A stretch of 39,863 bases of DNA from the IMG/VR virus record IMGVR_UViG_3300045988_016972; one strand, written 5' to 3'. The notes below the pieces were generated by a model. That model was not told the origin of the DNA. It saw only the letters and a list, made by a program, of their open reading frames with translations, and searched no databases. The first letter of the stretch is position 1, and the number at the start of each line of letters is the position of its first letter. The translations under genes were made by a program, and so were the position numbers. Positions 6,726 through 19,233 of the stretch are shown in pieces. This DNA is from a virus.

Positions 6726-6856
6726 ACCGTCCTTTCTTCACAGAACAGTTCGGCAAAATATACATATATCCGCAATTCTTCCGGGTCTGGGAACAAGGTC
6801 AAAATATCCCTTGCCATTTGCTCCGTGTAACCGCAAGCTATAAGCCGTTCGTACAT
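6719..6856 (-). CDS. Small ORF (45 aa), first gene of the accessory cassette; not in the supplied ORF track
   Basis: My own translation is MYERLIACGYTEQMARDILTLFPDPEELRIYVYFAELFCEERTVC. AAGGTGG lies 4 nt upstream. The stop overlaps the next start by 7 nt. Confidence 0.35.
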   Translation of the reverse strand: MYERLIACGYTEQMARDILTLFPDPEELRIYVYFAELFCEERTVC

Positions 6857-6886
6857 TTTGCCACCTTCTTTCTGCTTTTATGGTAC

Positions 6887-6913
6887 AAAAAAACAGGCAC
6901 CCGAAAGTGCCTG
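6887..6913 (-). terminator. Strong rho-independent terminator separating the lysis region from the accessory cassette
   Basis: Minus strand: CAGGCAC-TTTCGG-GTGCCTG followed by T7. Confidence 0.8.
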
Positions 6914-6948
6914 AAAAGTGTCAAAAAAAGCAAAAATCCCCCCGCCGG

Positions 6949-7194
6949 TTAAGGCAGGGGGATAAATAGTTCCTGTGCAATTTTATGATACGCTCTGCAT
7001 CTGTGCCGCTTTACGGTTTCAACGGACATATTCCGCTCCATAGATACCTGTACGCAACTTTTGCGGCGCACATCGCATTCTATGACCACCATTGCTTCAT
7101 TGTCAGGAAGCAAAAAAGAATCAACAAAAGCAACGGCTCGTTTTGGCGGCAGATTTGACAGAAAATCCCTTACGGCCTTGTGGTTTCTGTTCAT
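6949..7194 (-). CDS. Sigma-70 region-4-like HTH protein (81 aa)
   Basis: ERNMSVETVKRHRCRAYHKIAQEL resembles a sigma region 4/ArpU-type HTH. The ribosome-binding site is weak, so the start is uncertain (TTG 7200 or ATG 7194). Confidence 0.4.
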   Translation of the reverse strand: MNRNHKAVRDFLSNLPPKRAVAFVDSFLLPDNEAMVVIECDVRRKSCVQVSMERNMSVETVKRHRCRAYHKIAQELFIPLP

Positions 7195-7285
7195 ACACAA
7201 AACAAATAGCCGTGGAGGTGCGGATGTTTATGCACGGGCGTGAGGCCGGCGTAGCGGTGTCCTCTGCGCCCTCCAGTGGATTATT

Positions 7286-8137
7286 TTACCCCTCTCGGAT
7301 GTAGCCCTCGAAGCCAGCGTCTTTCAAGCGCTGGAGCATCTTCTCGGCGTTCTCGCGGACGGCAAATGCGCCGACCTGGACGCGGTAGAGCTTATCGGTG
7401 GCGGGCTGCTCGGGGGCGGGCTCTACCGGCTCGACAGGAGTGGGCTGCTCCGGCGCATCGCCAGTCAGGATAGCGTTTACATGATTCTGTACGGTGTCGT
7501 AGTCATACCCCGCTGCCTCCAGGCGCTGGCGGCGGTCGGAGCCATTGCCCCACTCACCGCGGATCACCTCCCGGGCAACCTCGTCCACGGACTTGGCAGG
7601 CTGGGCCTGCTCCTTCTCCCGGAAGGTCACGCCGAAGTAGTCGCAGATGCCCCGGGCAATGGTCTCCCCGATATATCCAGTATGGTTGATAATCCACTCG
7701 GCAGATTCAACGCTATCGTGGAACTCGCACTCGATGTAGGCGGTGGCGGCAGAAGGTACGCGCACCTCGTAGAGGGAAGCGTCCACCCGAATATTCTCGC
7801 TTGTGCCGGGGGTGATGGGAGCGAGACGATTGAAAATCGCCTGACAGGCCTTCATGCCCTCGCCGCTGCTGCTAAAGCAGAACATCCGGGTGCCGGTGAC
7901 CGTGCCGTTAAAGGCGTTGGTGTGGATGGGCACATGGAGGTCGGCACCGAAGGCGTTGGAAGCCGCGCACTTCTCCTGCATGGATTCATCGTGCATCAGC
8001 TTCACGGTCACGCCGCTGCGCTCCAGGGCGGCCTTGCAAGCCTCGGCGATCTTGCCGCACTGTACGCCCTCGGTGGTATTGCCGTAGGCGTAGCGGTTAT
8101 CGTACTGGTTGCTGGGGGACAGAAATACCTTAGGCAT
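7286..8137 (-). CDS. Endolysin: N-acetylmuramoyl-L-alanine amidase (Amidase_3-like) plus a CW_7-like repeat plus a SPOR-like domain
   Basis: The N-terminus reads MPKVFLSPSNQYDNRYAYGNTTEG...HVPIHTNAFNG...ECEFHDS. It is followed by VIRGEWGNGSDRRQRLEAAGYDYDTVQNHVN (Cpl-7 type) and a C-terminal YRVQVGAFAVRENAEKMLQRLKDAGFEGYI (SPOR type). The start overlaps the holin stop. Confidence 0.85.
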   Translation of the reverse strand: MPKVFLSPSNQYDNRYAYGNTTEGVQCGKIAEACKAALERSGVTVKLMHDESMQEKCAASNAFGADLHVPIHTNAFNGTVTGTRMFCFSSSGEGMKACQAIFNRLAPITPGTSENIRVDASLYEVRVPSAATAYIECEFHDSVESAEWIINHTGYIGETIARGICDYFGVTFREKEQAQPAKSVDEVAREVIRGEWGNGSDRRQRLEAAGYDYDTVQNHVNAILTGDAPEQPTPVEPVEPAPEQPATDKLYRVQVGAFAVRENAEKMLQRLKDAGFEGYIREG

Positions 8138-8348
8138 TGTCGTTACCCCCTTCATCCACCTCCGGCAGACCCGCCACACTGGTGAGCAGGGACAGGATGC
8201 CTGCCAGCAGAGAGGCGCTGCCCACCATCACCCAGTTCACCTCGCCCATTACGGCGCTGGTGCCGATGGTGGCCACGGCGGTCTGTGCCACGGTCTTGAC
8301 GGCGCGCACGGCGGCGGCCTTTACCCACTGTTTCCAATTCTTTTTCAT
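8130..8348 (-). CDS. Holin (LL-H/phi-LC3-like type)
   Basis: MKKNWKQWVKAAAVRAVKTVAQTAVATIG... contains two hydrophobic segments. The gene lies immediately upstream of, and overlaps, the endolysin. Confidence 0.7.
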   Translation of the reverse strand: MKKNWKQWVKAAAVRAVKTVAQTAVATIGTSAVMGEVNWVMVGSASLLAGILSLLTSVAGLPEVDEGGNDNA

Positions 8349-8388
8349 TTGTTGCTCCTTTCTGTGCCCGATTCGGACACCACAAAAA

Positions 8389-8637
8389 TTAATGATTGTT
8401 TTCTAAATCCGCGATGCGGTGGTTGGCGACCTTGATCTGCTCCTCCAGCACCGGGACGCGCCGCGCAAAATTGTTGTGCTCCCGGACTTCCCGGGTCAGC
8501 TCTTCCAGCTTTGTCTCGGTTACGGCCTGCTGCATGTCCAGTTTGGCCTGCACCTCCCGGGTGGTCCTGTTGCTGGTGATGATTACCCCCAGCAGCGACA
8601 GGCCGCCGGTGATGATAGCCACGACGATTGTTTCCAT
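8389..8637 (-). CDS. Membrane-anchored coiled-coil protein of the lysis cassette (XhlA-like role, speculative)
   Basis: The N-terminal TM is METIVVAIITGGLSLLGVIITS, followed by a heptad-rich helix. It lies between the tail fibre gene and the holin. Confidence 0.45.
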   Translation of the reverse strand: METIVVAIITGGLSLLGVIITSNRTTREVQAKLDMQQAVTETKLEELTREVREHNNFARRVPVLEEQIKVANHRIADLENNH

Positions 8638-8687
8638 TCAGTAATTTCCTTTCTCCTCTTGGGCTTGGTTTGTTTTGCAGCGTTGGG

Positions 8688-10646
8688 TTACTTCCATCGG
8701 GCTTTTACATCATAGTAATAAGCCCTGTAACCAGTTCCGGGGTTTCCGTCATAGTCTCTGTTGTACACAGATATACTTCCGTCAGCATACAGACCTCCGC
8801 AGGTAATAATATTGGGAAGAGCTGCTCGATTATCGTCATTACCGTACCAGTTCGTCACCGTCACAACGCTATTTGCCTCAGCTACAATTGGAAATGGAGC
8901 CGCCGGGCTTCGGTGCCAACCGGTATCCAAGGTGAAGCCCTGCTCCTTGCCCCAGTATTCGCAAATACCGCTGGCCCATTTGCGGTAAGTCCAGATGCCG
9001 CTGGTGCCTTGCTCCAGCACATAGTCCCCATAGCCCAAATCGGCCCGCAGTTCCGCTGGTGTCCGGTAATATACCCAGCCGGCATTATCCAGCACCGCCA
9101 CCTTTGGTGGTGTTTTGCCCAGGTCTGTGGTCTCCGTGGTTTGTAACCATGTGCCGGTCAGATATTTGCCTCTTAGGGTCCCGCTGACTTGCAGGCCCTT
9201 TTCAAAATACGCATTCCAGGCCACATCCAGCCGATTTTCTCCGCTCTCGCTGGCGTACCGCCCAATACCCACGGCTTTACCGTTCTCGCCCAGGTGGAAG
9301 GTCATTTCAGAAGTGGGGATTCGCGTTTCCACCGAACCGCTCTCACCCAGCTTGTCTACCGCCTGAATCTCGATGGTATATACCACCGATACCGATAGGG
9401 TGACACCGGGCACAACGCCTGCGTAATCATTGCCAGCAGATTCGGCCAAAAGCGTGATCCAGCTTGACCAACTGCCACCCTCTGCCGCATAGCGCAGACG
9501 CAATGTGCATTTATTATTGTTGGCCAGAGGGGAAAAGGACTTGGAGCACTCCACATAAAGCGCCGTGCCATCTTCGCTTATCGTCCCGTCAGAGGTAGAC
9601 CGTGCGCACACAAATCTTCCCGTGTTGCCGTTACGCACCACAGAGGGCGTATTGTACGCCAGCACCGTGACGGTTTTAGATGCTGTAGTGGAAAACCCTC
9701 TGCTGTCCGTTGCCGTGCCGGTGATGGTCAGCACGCCCGGCGTTTGCAGTGCGTCACTGGTGACTGTTTTCCCGGAATAGGCTTTACCCTCTACGGAGGC
9801 GGAATATTGCTTTATGGTCGCGCCGAACTTGCCGCTGGCCGTGTGCGTGATTTTGGCCTGTGTTCTGCCCTGGATATACAGGGCGTTGAACGGCGCAGGC
9901 AGGGCGCTGACAGGGGCCACGGCAATAGCTTCGCTGGGTCGGGTGGCCGCATTATTGGTGACGGTAAATGTCCTTTCTACGGTGTCGTAGTAATAGGTGC
10001 TGCCGATTTTGGTACGCAGCAGGAACACGACTTTTCGCGTTAATGTCGTGTTGTTGCGCAGCACGGCCCGCTCCGCATTGGTAAGCTGGAAGGTGTAGCT
10101 GCCGCCGTTGGTGCTGACGGCTCGGTAAGCAATATCCGATGCCGACCCGGTCAGAGATATGCACACATCCAACGCAGACACCGCCGAGCCAGCCGGATTG
10201 GCATAGGCAATGGCCGGGTTGTCCACATCCGTAAAGTTGGGCGCGGATGTGATGGTAGCCGCCCGGGGTATGGCAGGCAGTGCAAAGCTCTCCGCCGAAG
10301 CGGTATAATCTCCGTTGCCGTACAGCCAGCCGGAAAAGGCAGAAACGGTGAAGGTCTTGCTACCGTCATTGTTGTGGGCAATGTCCAGTGTGCCGGAGGC
10401 AAAGGTGCGATCCTTGTAATCTGTGATGTCGGAATATGTGCCACCGGAATACACTGTTTGACCGTTAATGACCACCGCACCCATTTTTATGGCGTTTGTG
10501 TAATACTGCTCCTCGGGGTGCAGACCGCAGGACCAGGAAATGGTAGTCTTATTCCCGGCTATGTCCTGACTGCCGCTGATCTCCCACTTGACCCAAAAAT
10601 AGGAGCCATATTTTGTGTTTGTTTTTACGGTTCCGCTTGTTGCCAT
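8688..10646 (-). CDS. Tail fibre/receptor-binding protein (652 aa)
   Basis: It is the last large structural gene before the lysis cassette. The N-terminus TNTKYGSYFWVKWEISGSQDIAGNKTTISWSCG is typical of siphovirus distal tail/fibre proteins. The sequence is beta-rich and Thr/Ser/Gly-rich. Confidence 0.6.
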   Translation of the reverse strand: MATSGTVKTNTKYGSYFWVKWEISGSQDIAGNKTTISWSCGLHPEEQYYTNAIKMGAVVINGQTVYSGGTYSDITDYKDRTFASGTLDIAHNNDGSKTFTVSAFSGWLYGNGDYTASAESFALPAIPRAATITSAPNFTDVDNPAIAYANPAGSAVSALDVCISLTGSASDIAYRAVSTNGGSYTFQLTNAERAVLRNNTTLTRKVVFLLRTKIGSTYYYDTVERTFTVTNNAATRPSEAIAVAPVSALPAPFNALYIQGRTQAKITHTASGKFGATIKQYSASVEGKAYSGKTVTSDALQTPGVLTITGTATDSRGFSTTASKTVTVLAYNTPSVVRNGNTGRFVCARSTSDGTISEDGTALYVECSKSFSPLANNNKCTLRLRYAAEGGSWSSWITLLAESAGNDYAGVVPGVTLSVSVVYTIEIQAVDKLGESGSVETRIPTSEMTFHLGENGKAVGIGRYASESGENRLDVAWNAYFEKGLQVSGTLRGKYLTGTWLQTTETTDLGKTPPKVAVLDNAGWVYYRTPAELRADLGYGDYVLEQGTSGIWTYRKWASGICEYWGKEQGFTLDTGWHRSPAAPFPIVAEANSVVTVTNWYGNDDNRAALPNIITCGGLYADGSISVYNRDYDGNPGTGYRAYYYDVKARWK

Positions 10647-10650
10647 TCTG

Positions 10651-14319
<3,669 letters not shown>

Positions 14320-14322
14320 GGC

Positions 14323-14694
14323 TCACCTCTCGATGAAGTTCATGGAAAGCCCCTCCCATTGATATTCGCCATCAATAAGGCTATACATGGGTGCTGTCCT
14401 GTCGCCAACATAGGCGGTCATTTGCCGTTCAGAACCGGTCATAGCATCGGGATATTTTACCTTGAAAAAAACCTCGTCTACAGCCTGCAGCAATGTGGAC
14501 ATCGGTGCGGATTTTATGGGCGGCCACGATAGAGTTAGCTTACGCTTGCGCCCTACCCGGTCACGAAACAAGTCTCCGTTTTGATTTCTCCCCGTTCCAT
14601 CTGCGTCAACATCCTGCATGCCCCACGAATATTCGCTGGGGTCAGGCAGCGGGACATTCGTCCCGTCTGCCTTTGTAATGGTTAAAATTGCCAT
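14323..14694 (-). CDS. Small distal-tail-protein-like component (123 aa)
   Basis: The assignment rests only on its position between the tape measure and Tal genes; no motif was recognised with certainty. Confidence 0.4.
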   Translation of the reverse strand: MAILTITKADGTNVPLPDPSEYSWGMQDVDADGTGRNQNGDLFRDRVGRKRKLTLSWPPIKSAPMSTLLQAVDEVFFKVKYPDAMTGSERQMTAYVGDRTAPMYSLIDGEYQWEGLSMNFIER

Positions 14695-14703
14695 TTGACC
14701 TCC

Positions 14704-17628
14704 TTATGTAACAAGAGGACTTGCCCCAGTCGCCCGGACAACGGCGTTGTTCTCTCTGACCACTGTCTCAAACAATTTCTTTCCAGTCACGCTGTCGAGA
14801 ACAATGGTCACATGAACTTCTCCAGATCCGCCGGATTCTTCGCGGACAATCTTCCGAATAAGTCCTTCCGGGGCCTCGATGTTATTTCCGTGGGTCTGAT
14901 CGCCAAGCACGGCAAGGAATTCATCGTTTGCGGGAATAACTGCGCCTTTAGCGAGACGCGGGAGTACATTTTCGCTGATATAGGAAATGTTTACTCCAAT
15001 AGATTTGCCCCCTACAAACGGCACCCACGAAGGGACATCGAAACTGATCTTGTTCATCTGCTTAATGAGCCAGTTAAGCCCTTTGATGATGATGTTGATT
15101 GCTCCATTAAGCAGATCGATTATGGTGTTCCAAATACCCTTAAAAATGTCCTTAATTCCTTCCCACGCTCTGTCAAAATCGCCCGAGAAAACACCGGAGA
15201 TAAACTTGATTAGCCCGGAGAAAATCGTCTTAATTTCATCGATAACATTCCCAACGGTCTGCTTGATGTTGCCAAAAACGGCGGTTACAATAGCCTTGAT
15301 TCCGATAATAAGCGGCTTGAGCTTTCCATTTGTTTTATTGTCGATCCAGTCCAACAAACCGTTAAGCCAGTCCCTTATGCCATCAATCACAGCACCAACC
15401 GCATTTTTCAGCCCACCGAAAATTCCGGCAATGCCAGCAGCGGTGCGCTCCGTATCTCCGGTAAAGATTCCAGCAAAGAAGTCAATAAACCCTTGCAGAG
15501 TCTCTTTAACGCCGCTGATAAGTTCTTGTCCGTGCCCGGTCGCCGTAGTAATGCTAAAAAGCAGGGCTGCAATCATTGCGATTAGCAAAGGAATCCAAGA
15601 CCCAATCAGTATACCGATCCCGACACCTGCCGCAAGAATCCCTGCAATAGCAAGCATTTGGTTCTGGAAATTCCATCCGCTTTTCTCTGCATCAGAAAAC
15701 GCGACAGCCAGCACAGCAAGACCGGAAACAATAGCTGTAATTCCTCCAGCAACCGGCCCAAGAGCAACATATAGCCCGGTCACGGCAAGCGTCATGCCGA
15801 AAATCATACCGGTCATGTTTTCTTCTGTAACGCCGTTTACGATTGAATCGAGAATATTTTGCACCAGCGTAAGCGCGCCAAAAATACCGACAGCCAAGCC
15901 AATGGTTTTCTGCAAATCAAGGCCGAGTTTTGGGCCAAGTTTCCACGCCGCAAATCCAGCGCCAATGGCAAGAATCCACGGGAGCGCATTTTTGAGCTTC
16001 TGCGTGACTTCATCAATCTGCTTACTTACAGCATCGCCAATAAAATCATACTCAGGCAATTCAAAGTCAAAACCGCTGCCGCCGGACACGCCTGCAGAAC
16101 CAGACCCGGACGCAGTGTTGCCGTTCAGAATGTTAAGCTCATCAAAGCCCATAACGGACTTTTTCAGTTCTTTTGCCGCGCTGGTGGCATCATCAAGGCC
16201 AGCTGCGGTGTCTTCTGCCCCGCTTGCAAGATTCTTTACACCGGAAGTATCAATGTCCGACAACTCAAATCCGAACAATTTAGCGATAGCGTCCGCAAGT
16301 TTCCGAATTGCCTTAGCTATAGCAATGGCGATCGGCAAAAGCTTCATCAAGATAGGAATAAAGATATTACCGATAGACCTGACTGTCATCTCAATCTGTG
16401 CCTTAAAAATGCGCAACTGGTTAGCTGGCGCTTCTAAGGTTCGAGCCATGTCGCCCTGCGCCGTTGTTACCTGTGTCATAATGGCGTAGTAACGCAGCTC
16501 CGCCTTTTCTGCCTGCGTCATGGCGGAAACAGACTTTTCGATTCCCAGCGTCAACGCGGTTTGTTCCAGTTTGGCTTGCGACAGGTCATAGCCCAATCTA
16601 CGCAACGGTTCCAATTCGCCAGAAACACCGGATTGCAGCTTTTGCATAGCATCTTCAACGGAGATGTTGAAGAACGAAGAAATGTCATAGCCGAGCTGTG
16701 TAAGGTTCTTACTCATAAGGTAAGAACGGTCTGCGACAGAGCCGAAGCCGGACAGCAAAGTGTTAAATACGCCCTGATTCCGCATCCATTTTGCGGGGTC
16801 AATGCCCATTATATCGCCAACATTTTCCGCATACTCTTTGGCTTCTTTTGCGTATTGACCCATAGCCACGGTAAACAGGTTCAAATCCTCTTGGTAGGCA
16901 TTTGATTCAGTGATGGCCTTGCTGATTCCTTGGCGCACCATACGAATTCCGGCCACAACCCCTGCCGTTTTTATGCTTTTGAGGGAAATCCCAAATCGGC
17001 TCGTTTGGGTGGATCCTTTGTTTACCGTGTTGTTGTACTTCTCTGTCGTTGTTATGAGCCGCTGAATTCGAGACGGCATGGCGCTAAATCCATCGGCTAC
17101 ATGTTGCATTTCTGTGGCAAACGGTCTCAGCGCATTTGCAAGCCGGGTCATTTGGTTTGAAAACTCGTCAATGTCTGCGGCGCGGAGTTCGCGCACAACG
17201 TCCGGAAAAGCGCTGAGCTGGTTGATGTACGAACGCATGTGCGCACCTTCCAGTTCGGATAGAGGGCGCAAAGCATCTGCGACATTGTAGAGTTTGTCTA
17301 TATCGCCATCGGAAATCCCGGATATTGCCGTTCCGAGCGCTTGCATATTAGTCCCAAGCGATTTTGGAATCTTAACGGTTCCAACATCGGATATGGCCTT
17401 TAGCCCGGAAGCGATAGATTTAAGTTTTTGCCCAACTGCACCGGACCCAGACAGCGCTTTATTGAGCGCAGCAATCTGATTTGCAGCAGTTCTTACGCCG
17501 GACGCTCCGCCGGAAGTGGCCGTCTTTAGGGAGGACAACGCTTTTTCAAGCCGTCCCAAAGACGCAACGGCACTGTCGCTGTTCTCTTTGATTTGAAATT
17601 CAAGTCCGCGAATTTCAAGATTGTCCAT
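14704..17628 (-). CDS. Tape measure protein
   Basis: 974 aa, helical and Ala/Gly/Ile-rich with central TM-like glycine-zipper segments. It lies downstream of the G/GT chaperones. GGGAGGTGA ribosome-binding site before ATG 17628. Confidence 0.85.
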   Translation of the reverse strand: MDNLEIRGLEFQIKENSDSAVASLGRLEKALSSLKTATSGGASGVRTAANQIAALNKALSGSGAVGQKLKSIASGLKAISDVGTVKIPKSLGTNMQALGTAISGISDGDIDKLYNVADALRPLSELEGAHMRSYINQLSAFPDVVRELRAADIDEFSNQMTRLANALRPFATEMQHVADGFSAMPSRIQRLITTTEKYNNTVNKGSTQTSRFGISLKSIKTAGVVAGIRMVRQGISKAITESNAYQEDLNLFTVAMGQYAKEAKEYAENVGDIMGIDPAKWMRNQGVFNTLLSGFGSVADRSYLMSKNLTQLGYDISSFFNISVEDAMQKLQSGVSGELEPLRRLGYDLSQAKLEQTALTLGIEKSVSAMTQAEKAELRYYAIMTQVTTAQGDMARTLEAPANQLRIFKAQIEMTVRSIGNIFIPILMKLLPIAIAIAKAIRKLADAIAKLFGFELSDIDTSGVKNLASGAEDTAAGLDDATSAAKELKKSVMGFDELNILNGNTASGSGSAGVSGGSGFDFELPEYDFIGDAVSKQIDEVTQKLKNALPWILAIGAGFAAWKLGPKLGLDLQKTIGLAVGIFGALTLVQNILDSIVNGVTEENMTGMIFGMTLAVTGLYVALGPVAGGITAIVSGLAVLAVAFSDAEKSGWNFQNQMLAIAGILAAGVGIGILIGSWIPLLIAMIAALLFSITTATGHGQELISGVKETLQGFIDFFAGIFTGDTERTAAGIAGIFGGLKNAVGAVIDGIRDWLNGLLDWIDNKTNGKLKPLIIGIKAIVTAVFGNIKQTVGNVIDEIKTIFSGLIKFISGVFSGDFDRAWEGIKDIFKGIWNTIIDLLNGAINIIIKGLNWLIKQMNKISFDVPSWVPFVGGKSIGVNISYISENVLPRLAKGAVIPANDEFLAVLGDQTHGNNIEAPEGLIRKIVREESGGSGEVHVTIVLDSVTGKKLFETVVRENNAVVRATGASPLVT

Positions 17629-18384
17629 GCTTTTCACCTCCCGGCTCGAATTTCTTGTTATTTGCAATCATGAACATTTCCATGATTGCTTTTGCACGGC
17701 TATCATTCTTCTGCTCTTTCACTTTTTTCTCCGCAGAATTATCGCTTTCGCCCACCTGATAGGGGGAATCTCGATACGGAATAGGCTTTGCGCCTTTCTT
17801 TGCGAACGCATGAAGAATGGGCGATACATCCGCCAAGGCTTCATAAAAATACGCACCCTGTAGCCATGCCTGTTGGTTGTCCAAGTCCTGTTTGATTTTT
17901 GCCGCCTTGCGATAGTATTTGACCAATTCGCAATCCATTTCCCAGAACTGCTCGTAGGTCATGCCTATTGCAAGGTAATACGGGAAAACCTCATAGAACT
18001 TTTCCGTGTAAGCGTAGAGGGGGGGAAAGCCCCCCTCTTTATTGGGCGGCGGCTCGCTTACCAGTCCACCGTCCAGCTGGCGTTTCCCTCGGCTTCAGGA
18101 TCATCCATGAGCGCTACGATGGGATCGCTATACATCTCCACCAGCTTGCCAAGCATATCGCCCTTGTTGGGGAGCTGGGCGTAAATCTTGTCGATAACAT
18201 CCCGCTTTACATAGCGGTGATGTGCCAAAAAAGCACCGGCAAACAGGGCGGGCAAATAGGTCATGGGCTTGCGCTGCAATTCCTCGATCTCGAAGCCCTG
18301 CCGCTCCATCATTTCCACGGATTTTCTGGTGTATTCCAGCACATATTTCACATCGTTGTGCTCGATGGTCATTGTCTTTGCCAT
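17615..18384 (-). CDS. Tail assembly chaperone G-T fusion produced by a programmed -1 frameshift
   Basis: The -1 frame is open from 18094 down to the stop at 17615. ORF 17615..17962 has no ribosome-binding site of its own. The slippery site G_GGA_AAC lies in the 0 frame at 18082-18088. Confidence 0.65.
18058..18384 (-). CDS. Tail assembly chaperone (gpG-like)
   Basis: 108 aa, between the major tail protein and the tape measure. It contains the slippery heptamer near its 3' end. Confidence 0.75.
   Translation of the reverse strand: MAKTMTIEHNDVKYVLEYTRKSVEMMERQGFEIEELQRKPMTYLPALFAGAFLAHHRYVKRDVIDKIYAQLPNKGDMLGKLVEMYSDPIVALMDDPEAEGNASWTVDW
18082..18088 (-). promoter_or_regulatory. -1 ribosomal frameshift slippery heptamer GGGAAAC
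   Basis: The X_XXY_YYZ pattern is phased correctly with the gpG frame (GAG GGA AAC). A 9-bp G/C hairpin (AGAGGGGGG-CTTTC-CCCCCCTCT) lies downstream at about 18021-18043. Confidence 0.6.
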
Positions 18385-18393
18385 AATTCCTCC

Positions 18394-18828
18394 TTACTCG
18401 CTGTCATCCAAAGCGATGACAGAGGTGGGCGCGATGGTGATATTCATTCCAACCACTTCGTTTACGCCGCCGCCGGTGGGATACACGGAAAGCTGCCCCT
18501 TGAAGGAGAACTTACCATCAGAGCCGGTGGGGGTAACAGCGCCGCCGGTCTCCGTGCCGCCAAACCACACGGCATAATCCGCTTCTGTGCCCTCTTTTGC
18601 TTTCAGAGCCTTGTAATCGGCCAGCGTGTAGTTTGCCGTGAAGCTTAGACCGTCCATAGACTGAATACCGGCGATGTAGGTCTGCATCTTGTCAGACAGA
18701 GTGGTGGTTTCCAGCATTTCGGGATCACCGCCAAGGTCAGGGAACTCCTTGATGTCTACCAACTTCGTCCATGTACCTCCGGTAGATGCCTTCTGCATCA
18801 GGAAACATTTATAAGTACTGATTGCCAT
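18394..18828 (-). CDS. Major tail (tube) protein
   Basis: 144 aa, placed before the chaperones. The N-terminus is MAISTYKCFLMQKAS...WTKLVDIKEFPDLGGDPEMLETTTLSD, typical of TP901-1/phi13-type tube proteins. Confidence 0.75.
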   Translation of the reverse strand: MAISTYKCFLMQKASTGGTWTKLVDIKEFPDLGGDPEMLETTTLSDKMQTYIAGIQSMDGLSFTANYTLADYKALKAKEGTEADYAVWFGGTETGGAVTPTGSDGKFSFKGQLSVYPTGGGVNEVVGMNITIAPTSVIALDDSE

Positions 18829-18831
18829 AAT

Positions 18832-19233
18832 TTACCTCCTAAAAACTGTTTTTCCGTCCGTTTCGGCACGGTATCGTGCCACTAAGCGATAGATTGACGC
18901 ACTGTCCATGTTCGGGACGGGTGTCATGGAAATGCGTGTAAAATTCATTGCGTACAGCATCTTGTCAATTTCCGACAGGATACTTCGGCATTCCGCTTTG
19001 CTTTTGCCGGACTTGTTGGAATAGACATTGACTTCATACATGACGGTCGCAAAACGCTCCGTATCAGAGCTGTCCTGATTAAGCGTGGTTGTGTAATTGT
19101 CCTGCTCCACAATGCTTGCGTGGGGGAACTTGGGGGGAGATTTTACATATGCCCCGGAAACATCTATCCCCTTGAACTTCTTTCGCAGGGCTTCTGCAAT
19201 CGGGGTAAAAATCATCCGTTCCACATCAATCAT
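18832..19233 (-). CDS. Tail completion/terminator protein (SPP1 gp17-like position)
   Basis: Position and size (133 aa) in the head-tail joining block. Confidence 0.5.
   Translation of the reverse strand: MIDVERMIFTPIAEALRKKFKGIDVSGAYVKSPPKFPHASIVEQDNYTTTLNQDSSDTERFATVMYEVNVYSNKSGKSKAECRSILSEIDKMLYAMNFTRISMTPVPNMDSASIYRLVARYRAETDGKTVFRR

Noticed and set aside
14987-16489. A 500-aa plus-strand ORF opposite the tape measure gene; similarly 20426..21514, 5499..6143, 7481..8185, 17968..18648, 21471..22142 and 25761..26852.
   Set aside because: All lie antisense to well-supported structural, lysis or recombinase genes. They lack ribosome-binding sites and have Pro/Ser/Arg/Leu-biased junk composition.
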